A DNA stretch of 64,000 bases from Candidatus Cloacimonadales bacterium. Its GTDB lineage: Bacteria; Cloacimonadota; Cloacimonadia; Cloacimonadales; JAIOQZ01. This document shows, piece after piece, positions 1 through 7,718 of this stretch. The translations under genes and the position numbers were made by a program. The stretch lies in contig CAXXTU010000001.1 in the NCBI GenBank assembly GCA_963662655.2, positions 9,751-73,750 of the forward strand. The letters are read 5' to 3'. The notes below the pieces were generated by a model that was given only the letters and a program-made list of their open reading frames with translations, searched no databases and was not told the DNA's origin. How positions within the stretch are numbered: position 1 is the stretch's first letter; every line of letters starts with the position of its first letter.

Positions 1-1520
1 GTATTTATTCGTATGAAATAGACTCCACTTGCACAAGACAGTCCGTTATCGTCTTTTCCATCCCAGTATAATTGATGTACTCCGGTTGTAAAATTGCGTT
101 TCGATGCCAGATTTCGTACACGTTGTCCTCTGATATTATAAACCGTCATTTCCGCTTGCGTTGGGCGAGACAGATTAAAGCTGATGGAAGTTCCAAAGCG
201 GGAAGGATTTGGAAAGCAATTCATCAAAGTGGATTCAGGAGTGACTGTTTCATCATCGACACTCACATATTCTGGTGTGAGGATACGAAATCGCCAAGGG
301 CCCCCATCATCACGCGTGCTGAGCAGAATATCGCCGTGACCGTCTCCGTTGTAATCCCCAATGAAATAACCCTCTTCGCCCCATGCATTCGGGTTATAAT
401 TCACACCATCGAAGATATAGGCTACTGATAGAATATCTTCAGAATCATATTGAAATACATAGAACGTTGAGTCAATCGGCATTGAAACAGCAAGAAAATC
501 TTGATTGTAGAAGTTCGTATAAAAGAAAGATCGAGCATTTGCATTATTGAACGGTATTGGCAAAGCGAACAATGAATCGGAGAAGTCAATACTGCCAAAC
601 ATCATGCTGGCAATACCCAGCCCACCTCTGAATGCTAAGTCAGAAAAACTGTCATTGTTGAAATCTCCTTTCATGGTTGAAAAACCGAAGTCCATATTCT
701 CAGAGCCATAGATGTAGCTTGGTTCGGAATCAATCGTTGCTCCACCAAGATAGATCGAGTATTCATTTCTCATCAATGCACTGATAGCAAGATCAGAGAA
801 GCCATCACCATTGAAATCGCCAACGGCAACCTCTTCACCGAACATATCGCATACATCACCCTGCTGGTGCCAGTCCACTTCCGTATCGAAGGTAGGGCCG
901 CCATAGAAGACATCTACCTGTCCATAGAAGATTTCAGATGGACCGACAGAACCTACGGCCAGGTCGTTATATCCGTCACCGTTCAGGTCGCCAGAGATAT
1001 CGATGCTGATTCCGAATTCCAGACCCCAGGAATCGCTTGCGTAATCCGATCCATCCAGCGCAATATCCGGTTCGGCTGGTAACTGGTCACCACCATAATA
1101 GATGTATACATAACCTTGCCCAATTGCACCAGCTTCGCTATCACTGACAACAAGATCGTCGAAGCCATCACCGTTGATATCTCCATCATACGCGACTTTA
1201 AAAGCATAACACGTGTGGTTTTCGTCGTCTTCAGCCGGCTCATAAACGTAATCTGCAATGATGTCCGGTTGTGCGCTACCCAAGTAAACATACATTACCC
1301 TATCCCACTGTTCTCCATCTATTGGACGACCGGAAATAACGATATCGGAATAACCGTCACCGTTAAGATCACCATTACCGGATATCACTGAATTTAAGCT
1401 ACCTTGGGTTGATGAACCTGTAACAGGTGAATCGAATATCATCATGGTCTCAAGCTGTTCTTGAGCGCACAGTGAAGTTATAAGAAGTGATATGGACAGT
1501 AACAGAAGCCAGAAGCGCAT
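1..1520 (-). CDS. FG-GAP/VCBS-repeat secreted protein with T9SS-type C-terminal sorting domain (partial; C-terminus beyond window start; not in supplied ORF track)
   Basis: Manual reverse translation from ATG at 1520: MRFWLLLLSISLLITSLCAQEQ (signal peptide). At least six DxNxDGxxD FG-GAP motifs (GDLNGDGYSDIV, GDINGDGFDDLV, GDLNGDGYNDLA, GDFNGDGFSDLA, GDYNGDGHGDIL). Tail is NCFPNPSRFGTSISF...VYNIRGQRV...WDGKDDNGLSCASGVYFIRIN. The frame stays open to position 1, so there is no stop in the window, which explains its absence from the track. Confidence 0.8.
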   Translation of the reverse strand, partial: MRFWLLLLSISLLITSLCAQEQLETMMIFDSPVTGSSTQGSLNSVISGNGDLNGDGYSDIVISGRPIDGEQWDRVMYVYLGSAQPDIIADYVYEPAEDDENHTCYAFKVAYDGDINGDGFDDLVVSDSEAGAIGQGYVYIYYGGDQLPAEPDIALDGSDYASDSWGLEFGISIDISGDLNGDGYNDLAVGSVGPSEIFYGQVDVFYGGPTFDTEVDWHQQGDVCDMFGEEVAVGDFNGDGFSDLAISALMRNEYSIYLGGATIDSEPSYIYGSENMDFGFSTMKGDFNNDSFSDLAFRGGLGIASMMFGSIDFSDSLFALPIPFNNANARSFFYTNFYNQDFLAVSMPIDSTFYVFQYDSEDILSVAYIFDGVNYNPNAWGEEGYFIGDYNGDGHGDILLSTRDDGGPWRFRILTPEYVSVDDETVTPESTLMNCFPNPSRFGTSISFNLSRPTQAEMTVYNIRGQRVRNLASKRNFTTGVHQLYWDGKDDNGLSCASGVYFIRIN

Positions 1521-1699
1521 AGCACCCTCCCCTAAAATTATGAATCCTCCATGCAGGATTTTAATATTTATTTGATGCATGTCAAGAAAGAAATTTATTC
1601 TCTATCTTCTATACGGAAAATAAACGAAAATGATTTATCTCAGAGATTGTTGAGCTCGTCAACTAACTGATAAAAGAGCATTTATCCCCTCTGAACCCC

Positions 1700-1727
1700 T
1701 TGACTTCCTGTGCGCGATCTTTATCGT
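1700..1727 (+). promoter_or_regulatory. putative sigma70-type promoter for the 1808..2098 ORF
   Basis: TTGACT (1700-1705), 16-nt spacer, TATCGT (1722-1727). It lies ~80 nt upstream of the ATG. A small hairpin GTTCCC/GGGAAC lies in the leader. The promoter grammar of this lineage is unknown. Confidence 0.3.
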
Positions 1728-1807
1728 AGAGACATACTTAGGAGCACAAAGGAGACTTATGCGTTCCCAAGGGGAACGGCCCTTGCGGATCGCGAAGCGA
1801 CCGCCCG

Positions 1808-2098
1808 ATGGAGACGAAAAAGACCACAGAGATCACCCCGAAGACGATGATCATCAACGCGAAGATTTCAGGTAGCATGCGAGCTACTTTCAAGGATGAA
1901 GACGGCGAAGTAATGAAGAACTACGATGGCCCGGTTCCCGAGTTCATGCCGGAGCAGCACTGGGGAGATTACATCAACCTCGAAATCGACATCGAGACAG
2001 GCCGCATCCTTAACTGGGAAGCCCCCCGGCAAGACGTAGCCGATTTCATGAACGCACCTGAAAACGCCGCAGACTTCACCGACCCCGACACAGAATAA
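1808..2098 (+). CDS. hypothetical small acidic protein (96 aa)
   Basis: ORF in the track. It is preceded by a promoter-like sequence and followed by a perfect hairpin terminator. Composition is not low-complexity (…YDGPVPEFMPEQHWGDYINLEIDIETGRILNWE…). I do not recognise the family. Confidence 0.5.
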   Translation: METKKTTEITPKTMIINAKISGSMRATFKDEDGEVMKNYDGPVPEFMPEQHWGDYINLEIDIETGRILNWEAPRQDVADFMNAPENAADFTDPDTE

Positions 2099-2112
2099 GC
2101 CCCACAAACTTC

Positions 2113-2138
2113 GAAAACTGGCTTCGCTGCCAGTTTTC
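2113..2138. terminator. bidirectional intrinsic terminator between convergent genes
   Basis: Perfect 10-bp stem GAAAACTGGC / GCCAGTTTTC with 6-nt loop TTCGCT. Each strand reads ...TTTTC at the 3' arm. It lies between the stop at 2098 (+) and the stop at 2171 (-). Confidence 0.7.
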
Positions 2139-2170
2139 ATCGTTGGTCCAACTCCACTCCATCAAGTATC

Positions 2171-3028
2171 CTAAATCACCACCTCTGTCCCTGTCCTGCA
2201 CTTCCAGTGAAACGGCGGGAAGGGCGTATGGCTACCTGAGACGCCCGTGGGCTTGCCGCCAGCGTTTCGCTCGATCTGGTCGTCGCTGACCCACGGCGCA
2301 AGCTCCTTCGTGCGTTCTCGCGCGGATTCGAGGCTGTGCTGCTTCGGATCGATGGCGAGCAGGTCTTCCATCACATCGAGCGCGTCGGAGAGCGGATAGA
2401 CCTTGTTCTGCGCGGCAAGGGCGCGGCAGATATCCGACGTACGATCATCGAGGACGACCACCAGCCGGTAGTACCTTGCGCCGGCCTTGCGATACCCCTC
2501 CAGCCTTCCAAACTCCCGAATCCTCAGCGCGGTATGCTCCGCAAGCCCCTGCCAGTAGTGCTGCGACTTCGCGCCCAAGTCCTTGAACTGCTCCGCGAGC
2601 TTCTCTTGCAACATCTTTTTCGTGTAGCCTGACGCGACAGCCTCGGTCAGTGTGGAGCGAAACTTCTGCGAAATGTCCGTGCCGTAGCGTTCGCCGATCC
2701 AGAAAAGGTTCTGGCGGGTGATGACGGTCTCGAGACGCTTTTCACGCGCACCGTACAAGCCGATGCGAGTGTTGTGCGGAACCTGCTTTTGCGCGTCGTT
2801 TAAGCCCGGCAGCATGCACCGCTGGATGTACGCCTTCGTCTCGGCTCGCACAGCGGACGAAAAATCCTCGCCGAGGTTGGAGTCAATGACGGCGAGAACG
2901 TCGTCGATATGGGTGCGATTGAGCCGCTCGTGACGTGGAATGTCCGACAACGCCCTGATGGCCTGCATCGCCGACTCGCGCACCTCGCGCTGCCAGGCGT
3001 TGTTGAGGACGCGGTAGTACTCGAGCAT
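2171..3028 (-). CDS. phage head morphogenesis protein, Mu F / SPP1 gp7 family
   Basis: Motifs YYRLVVVLDDRTSDICRALAAQNKVYPLSD and a C-terminal PPFHWKCRT (family pattern D.RT...C..l.G / PP.H.nCRC). Start taken at ATG 3028 (MLEYYRVLNN). The longer track ORF to 3322 overlaps the TerL 3' end in another frame. An alternative TTG at 3049 abuts the TerL stop. Confidence 0.8.
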   Translation of the reverse strand: MLEYYRVLNNAWQREVRESAMQAIRALSDIPRHERLNRTHIDDVLAVIDSNLGEDFSSAVRAETKAYIQRCMLPGLNDAQKQVPHNTRIGLYGAREKRLETVITRQNLFWIGERYGTDISQKFRSTLTEAVASGYTKKMLQEKLAEQFKDLGAKSQHYWQGLAEHTALRIREFGRLEGYRKAGARYYRLVVVLDDRTSDICRALAAQNKVYPLSDALDVMEDLLAIDPKQHSLESARERTKELAPWVSDDQIERNAGGKPTGVSGSHTPFPPFHWKCRTGTEVVI

Positions 3029-3045
3029 GATGCGGTCGAAGTAGG

Positions 3046-4649
3046 TCAAAACCGGAAGCTCCGAACTCTGGTTCTGTTGCGGCCGGTGTCGTATTCGGGG
3101 AAGCGTTCGAGGCAGCCTGCGAGGGCGTCCGGGCCATCGACGTAGCCCTGCGGATAGGTGAGGAACTGGCTGACGAGGGTCGGCGTGTCCTGCCCGTCGG
3201 GAAAGACGACCTTGCCGGTCTCGATGACGGTGTCCACGCGCTCGATGCGCAGAGCCTTGTTGCGGTCGTTGTTGACGCGCCGGATACGGTGCGAGATGGG
3301 ATTGCGCCCGTTCTCGCGGCACCAGCGGTCGAAGTCGGCGAGGATGCGGTGCTGCCCGTAATTGGTCTCCATCGCGGCGCGGAAGCGGACCCCGAAGCGG
3401 TGCGACAGCTCGTCGCAGGCGTCGTAGTAGAACTGGAAGAAACGCGAGTTTTCGGTCTGGCGCACCCAGCAGTGGATCATGTAGAACTTCAAGCCGTCGT
3501 AGCCCAGGGAGATTATGGCTTTGTAGCAGCCTGTTTGAACGAAGTGAAAACCGCCAGCGCCAGGTTTTTGCGAAGCAAAATACCGAGAGCGACTACCTTT
3601 AATGCTGGGTCGGCGTACATCCAGACGCGCTTCATGCGCTTGGGCAGGTGTGAATACCGCTTGAACCAGTGGTGCTTGAACATGTTGCCCTCGATCACCG
3701 GCACGCCGAGAAACTCGCGCTGATAGCCCGTGTGACCGAACTTGCGGCGCAGCAAAGGCAGCTCGCTGGTCGGGTACTGCTTTTCCCAGACCGACTTGCC
3801 GTCATCGGTTTCCAGAGAGAAGCGCAGCAGCCGCCTTCCCTCTGCGAACAGATGCTGGATGTCGTCCGGATTGAAGGAGTCGTTGTCGGACTTGATCTCC
3901 TCGACGATCGACTCCATGAACTGGCATATCGCGTAGTTGGGGTGGACGAGGTTGCCGAGCCAGATCACCTTGCCCGTACCAGATGGATCGAGCGCGCCGC
4001 CGATCTCCTGCACGATCTTGTCCATGCGCCGCCTGCCGATGGTCTGGTTCCCGACGTTCTCTTCCTTGTCGATGTCGTCACAGACGATCAGGCCGGGGCG
4101 CGTGGAGGTGCGGGGATTGATCGAGCCGCGAAAGGATTGCTTCACACCTCGTGCGCGAATACGGCAGCGGTTGCGGAGGTAGAAATCATCCTCGGTCGTG
4201 TCGATGGGACGCAGGTCGTCGAAGTCGCCGAGAAGCCGCTTGTTGTTGGTCAGCTCGTTGAAGGTGAACGCCGTCCTCTCCTCCGCCAGATCGACGTCGG
4301 CGGCCGTGTGGATCACGTACCTCTCGCCCTTGATCACCCGCCAGATCGGATAGACGACGCCCATGAGCACGGTCTTGCCCAAGCCGCGAAATCCCGTGAT
4401 GGCGGTAACGCCGCTCTCGGCTTCCACCACCTCGAACATCTCGCGGTGACAGTCACAGAAGGGGTGCTCGAAGATATGCGGGAAGTAGCTGCAGCAGAAG
4501 AAGGAAAAGGACGACCAACCCTCGCCTGTGGCGCGTTCGATGCGCGCCTTGCGAGCTTGCGGGGAGTCGTCGGGGAAGGGTTTGACCGACGGTGTCTTCG
4601 CCGCGACGGAAGTGAAGAAGCGCAGGTCTTTCTGGGTCGGTTTAGGCAT
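3046..4649 (-). pseudogene. phage terminase large subunit (TerL); reading frame broken by a -1 shift (two track ORFs, 3513..4649 and 3046..3492)
   Basis: N-terminal part: Walker A GFRGLGKT, Walker B LIVCDDID, ...RVWMYADP. C-terminal part is in the frame offset by -1: ...CYKAIISLGYDGLKFYMIHCWVRQ... and YVDGPDALAGCLE (nuclease-domain-like). The frame switch must lie between about 3605 and 3529. Confidence 0.8.
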
Positions 4650-5100
4650 GGCTGGCGCGACTCATGAAGTAGGCCACGAGCCCGTCGTCGCCGAGTATCT
4701 CGCGCTGAATGGCTTTGGCAGTCGCTTCGTCGCCGCGAGCGTGGTAGAAATCGATCTGCCAGTCCAGGAACCGCTTCATGTGGTCGATCAAGTCCTTACT
4801 CGGCTCCAGCTCCTTCTGATACTGCTTCAGGAGCGATACCAACGACTGCAGCGCCGTGTCCTGCGGGTTGTCGGCGTACTGCTTGAGGGCCATCAGGAGG
4901 GCGCGGCGGATGTTGAGCCGAATCTTCGCGTCGAGAGTTTCGAGCTCGTCCAGCTCGTCACGCCAGCCGCCCTCCCTGATCCACTTGCGCACCGTCTTGG
5001 GCGTGACGCTGAGCACGTCGGCCAGCTCGCGCACGACAGTCCGCCCCGCGAGGAACATCTCGCGGCAGCTTTCGCGTTTGGCTTCGTAGTTTTCGGCCAT
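4642..5100 (-). CDS. terminase small subunit-like HTH protein
   Basis: MAENYEAKRESCREMFLAGRTVVRELADVLSVTPKTVRKWIREGGWRDE resembles gpP-like/Terminase_5 small subunits. Its stop overlaps the TerL start by 8 nt. Start trimmed to ATG 5100, which forms an ATGA overlap with the upstream ORF stop. Confidence 0.55.
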   Translation of the reverse strand: MAENYEAKRESCREMFLAGRTVVRELADVLSVTPKTVRKWIREGGWRDELDELETLDAKIRLNIRRALLMALKQYADNPQDTALQSLVSLLKQYQKELEPSKDLIDHMKRFLDWQIDFYHARGDEATAKAIQREILGDDGLVAYFMSRASHA

Positions 5101-5315
5101 CACTCGTTCAGCGGGTCGACCTGATGCGTCGCCAGATAACTGTTCAGGGACTGCCCGTGGACTCGAAGCTGACCATTCGACTTCAGCCTGAAAGCGGGTA
5201 GCGGATCCTCTATGCTGCGGATCATCCGGTAGACCGTCGAGATGTTGACGTTCAGGCATCCCGCGATTTCATCCGGTCGGTAACAGCGTTTTTCATCAAA
5301 TACTTGCATCTTCAT
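5100..5315 (-). CDS. excisionase-family / MerR-like HTH DNA-binding protein (71 aa)
   Basis: YRPDEIAGCLNVNISTVYRMIRSIEDPLPAFRLKSNGQLRVHGQSLNSYL fits the excisionase-type HTH pattern. It is the first gene after an intrinsic terminator, so it may be a late or middle regulator. Confidence 0.55.
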   Translation of the reverse strand: MKMQVFDEKRCYRPDEIAGCLNVNISTVYRMIRSIEDPLPAFRLKSNGQLRVHGQSLNSYLATHQVDPLNE

Positions 5316-5330
5316 ACCTCTATGTCGAAC

Positions 5331-5364
5331 GTAAGAAAAACTCGCGCCGGTGACAACGCGAGTT
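5331..5364 (-). terminator. intrinsic terminator at the end of the early (transposition) operon
   Basis: On the minus strand: AACTCGCG-N10-CGCGAGTT (8-bp stem, 5339-5364) followed by TTTTTCTTAC. It lies between the DUF3164 stop (5384) and the next start (5315). Confidence 0.6.
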
Positions 5365-5383
5365 GAACGCTCCTGCCACTATA

Positions 5384-5980
5384 TCAGATCGAGCTGAAGT
5401 TGAGCGGGATGAGCTTGAAAGGTGCATCAACGCTTTCTCGCTGGTAGAATGCGAGATACTGGCGCGTCGAGGTGACCTGAATCGCCTTGTCGATGAGCTC
5501 CATCGCGTCTTTCCAGTTGGCGTCCTTGATGTTGTAGCGACGCAGACCGAGGATGCGATGCTTGGCGATTTGCCCCTTCTTGTCGACCTGAAACGCCTCG
5601 TTGATGATGGCGCGGAGGTTGATGTTCGAGTCTTGCGACCAGCGTTTCAGGCATTCGTCGATCTTCTGTTTCGCGAGTTGCAGCTCTACGCCGAAGGTGA
5701 TGCGTTCTCGATTGCGGACTTCCACCTTGAACAGTCCATCGAAGCTGACCAGTTCGGCGTTGCCCTTCCACGTCTCGTCGTACTGCGCGGCGAGGTCGTC
5801 GAGGTACTTCTCGATTTCCGTGGACATGCGTTCTTTCTCGTTGGTAATGCTGCCATGCAATCGCAGAGCACGCTTCATCACCTTCTGGACAATGCGGTCG
5901 CGCTTGACGATAGCGGGATCGAGGATGCTGGCGGGATACTCGCGCCCCTCGGCGTCGGTGAGAGTTCTGGTCTTGGCCAT
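5384..5980 (-). CDS. DUF3164-family protein (typical of Mu-like prophages)
   Basis: 198 aa. The size, the position after the transposition genes, and the segment ...INEAFQVDKKGQIAKHRILGLRRYNIKDANWKDAMELIDKAIQVTSTRQYLAFYQR... match the family as I recall it. Confidence 0.7.
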   Translation of the reverse strand: MAKTRTLTDAEGREYPASILDPAIVKRDRIVQKVMKRALRLHGSITNEKERMSTEIEKYLDDLAAQYDETWKGNAELVSFDGLFKVEVRNRERITFGVELQLAKQKIDECLKRWSQDSNINLRAIINEAFQVDKKGQIAKHRILGLRRYNIKDANWKDAMELIDKAIQVTSTRQYLAFYQRESVDAPFKLIPLNFSSI

Positions 5981-5991
5981 AATCTATCTCC

Positions 5992-6363
5992 TTATGCGGA
6001 TTGTTTTTTCTTCTTCAGCATGGCGATAACGCCGCGCCGTTCGTGCTCGGTGAGAGCGTTGAAATGGGTTTTGCTGTAGCGTTTGAGCAGGTATTTCTGC
6101 ATGTCGGCCTGTGACCAGCCGAGTTCCTTCATCAGCGCGTGCATGAGGCGTCCCTGCGGTTCGTACACGGCTCGAGGATGGACGTTACCGGTGAGGTGTC
6201 CTTTGAGCTTCTTCAGCCGGTCGATGCTCAGCTTGCGCAGCGACGCACCGAATCCCCAGTGCACCATCACCACGTGCAACTCGTCCATGCTCCAGCCGTG
6301 CTTCTTGATGGCAATCGCGGCTATCTCGCGTCGCAGGAAACGTGCATATTCATCTTTGGTCAC
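5992..6363 (-). CDS. GemA / Mu gp16-like regulatory protein (DUF1018)
   Basis: 123 aa. REIAAIAIKKHGWSMDELHVVMVHWGFGASLRKLSIDRLKKLKGHL resembles the DUF1018 core. The position is syntenic with Mu gemA. Confidence 0.6.
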   Translation of the reverse strand: MTKDEYARFLRREIAAIAIKKHGWSMDELHVVMVHWGFGASLRKLSIDRLKKLKGHLTGNVHPRAVYEPQGRLMHALMKELGWSQADMQKYLLKRYSKTHFNALTEHERRGVIAMLKKKKQSA

Positions 6364-6982
6364 GTTCCCGCTCCTCTTTCATGCCGTACAATCGGCTCTG
6401 GATTTGCCATAGTTCACCGTTACTCATGTTTGATAATTCTTGCGGTACTTCAACTTGATTAAGTCGGCTTAAATACTTGATGTCGGCCAGCATGCATCCT
6501 CTGTCGTCACTGCTCGACTCGACTCTTTTCCCTTTGTAATAACTGTAGGGACGAAGCGTGGGTTTGAATTCCAAAGGCTTGTAGAGATTGCCCCACTTCT
6601 CGATACAACCGTCCATCACAAGGACACGAATATAGCGATAGATCGTCTCCTGGCACATGTTCGCGTGACGGAGTATCTCATCGATGTGGGTGTGCTTCCC
6701 TACAAGGTCATAGACTTCTTTCAACTTGCTCTTTCTCGGCAGCCAATCGTATTGCTTCCCGCTTCTCTGCTTGCCGATGGCAACAGGTTTGCCGTAGATG
6801 TTTCCTGATTGTTCGCGCATCAGTACTCGAATCCTGCCTGCTTGAACCAATTGCGGCAGCAGATTACGCACAGTCTTGGGATGCAGTCCGGTATCATTGG
6901 CGACATCCTTCACGGTGAAGGGTCGCTTATGATACTCGACGAAGCGGTCGATGATACGTCTGGCAGGGATGTTAGGATGCAT
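6350..6982 (-). CDS. hypothetical protein with two winged-helix-like segments
   Basis: 210 aa. FTVKDVANDTGLHPKTVRNLLPQLVQAGRIRVL and IDEILRHANMCQETIYRYIRVLVMDGCIE look like wHTH modules. Overlaps with MuB (11 nt) and gemA-like (14 nt) suggest co-translation. By eye it is more AT-rich than its neighbours. Confidence 0.45.
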   Translation of the reverse strand: MHPNIPARRIIDRFVEYHKRPFTVKDVANDTGLHPKTVRNLLPQLVQAGRIRVLMREQSGNIYGKPVAIGKQRSGKQYDWLPRKSKLKEVYDLVGKHTHIDEILRHANMCQETIYRYIRVLVMDGCIEKWGNLYKPLEFKPTLRPYSYYKGKRVESSSDDRGCMLADIKYLSRLNQVEVPQELSNMSNGELWQIQSRLYGMKEERERDQR

Positions 6983-7706
6983 TTTTCAATTCCTGCGTTT
7001 CTTGCAGATCGTTTAGCGAAACTTCAGTGAGTTGCTTGGCGGCGGCGACCTTCTCGACAACCTCAAATATTTTGATGATCCGACGGAAGTTACCGTGGGT
7101 TGTCTTGTGAATGTACGTCACCAAGTCGGAGCGCATCTTCACCTCGGAGACAGCTTTGCAGACCAGATCGACATCCTCTCGTGATAACTTCTTGAATTCG
7201 TAGAAATAGTTACATCTGTCGAAGTAGTGCGCGTTGGCTTTGAGCAGCTTCTCTTTCGCGTCCTTCATACCGACCAGCACCACGATGGCGAGCGTCTCAT
7301 CGACGATGTCGCGTATCGATCCGAGAAGCATCGGCTGGTTGAAGGCGTAGTCGATTTCATCGATGACGATAACGGCGTCCGGATGTGCCTGCAGCTCGTT
7401 GATACAGCGACGGAATAGCGTACTCGTCGAGCCGTGATAGCCTTCGTCCGAGACGTCGTACCGGTAATGCAGCAGTCGAAGCAGCTCGCGCGCGAAGACC
7501 TTCGCCGTCATCGACGCCTCGAGCCGCAGGTAAATGCAGTCGTTGGTGTAGGCGAGTCGCTTTGCGAAGCGGGTCTTACCCAGTCCCGGCGCGCCATAGA
7601 GCAGTCCGAGACCCACCATTTCGGTCTTCGGTCGGTCCTGCAAGTAGGCGATACACTTCTTCGCGCCGCGCACGTTTTCGGTTTCCGCTAAAATTCTCTC
7701 TCTCAT
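6972..7706 (-). CDS. MuB-like AAA+ ATPase (transposition target-DNA activator)
   Basis: Walker A GAPGLGKT and Walker B VIVIDEID. 244 aa, immediately downstream of the DDE transposase. Confidence 0.75.
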   Translation of the reverse strand: MRERILAETENVRGAKKCIAYLQDRPKTEMVGLGLLYGAPGLGKTRFAKRLAYTNDCIYLRLEASMTAKVFARELLRLLHYRYDVSDEGYHGSTSTLFRRCINELQAHPDAVIVIDEIDYAFNQPMLLGSIRDIVDETLAIVVLVGMKDAKEKLLKANAHYFDRCNYFYEFKKLSREDVDLVCKAVSEVKMRSDLVTYIHKTTHGNFRRIIKIFEVVEKVAAAKQLTEVSLNDLQETQELKNAS

Positions 7707-7718
7707 GTATGTACCTCC

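Noticed and set aside
3669-4667. 332-aa ORF on the plus strand across the terminase gene. Similar shadow ORFs exist at 2336..2632, 5363..6079 and 8283..8747.
   Set aside because: It is entirely antisense to ORFs with clear phage-protein motifs. The translation is Arg/Ala/Gly/Val/His-rich low-complexity sequence, typical of shadow frames in GC-rich DNA.
4642-5259. N-terminal extensions of track ORFs: 205-aa version of TerS, 383-aa version of Mu F (2171..3322), 31950 start of the lipoprotein, 15624 and 17112 starts of the T9SS proteins.
   Set aside because: The extensions overlap upstream genes or the tRNA. They are Arg/Pro-rich or precede an obvious signal peptide. Internal ATGs with RBS or ATGA coupling give more sensible starts.
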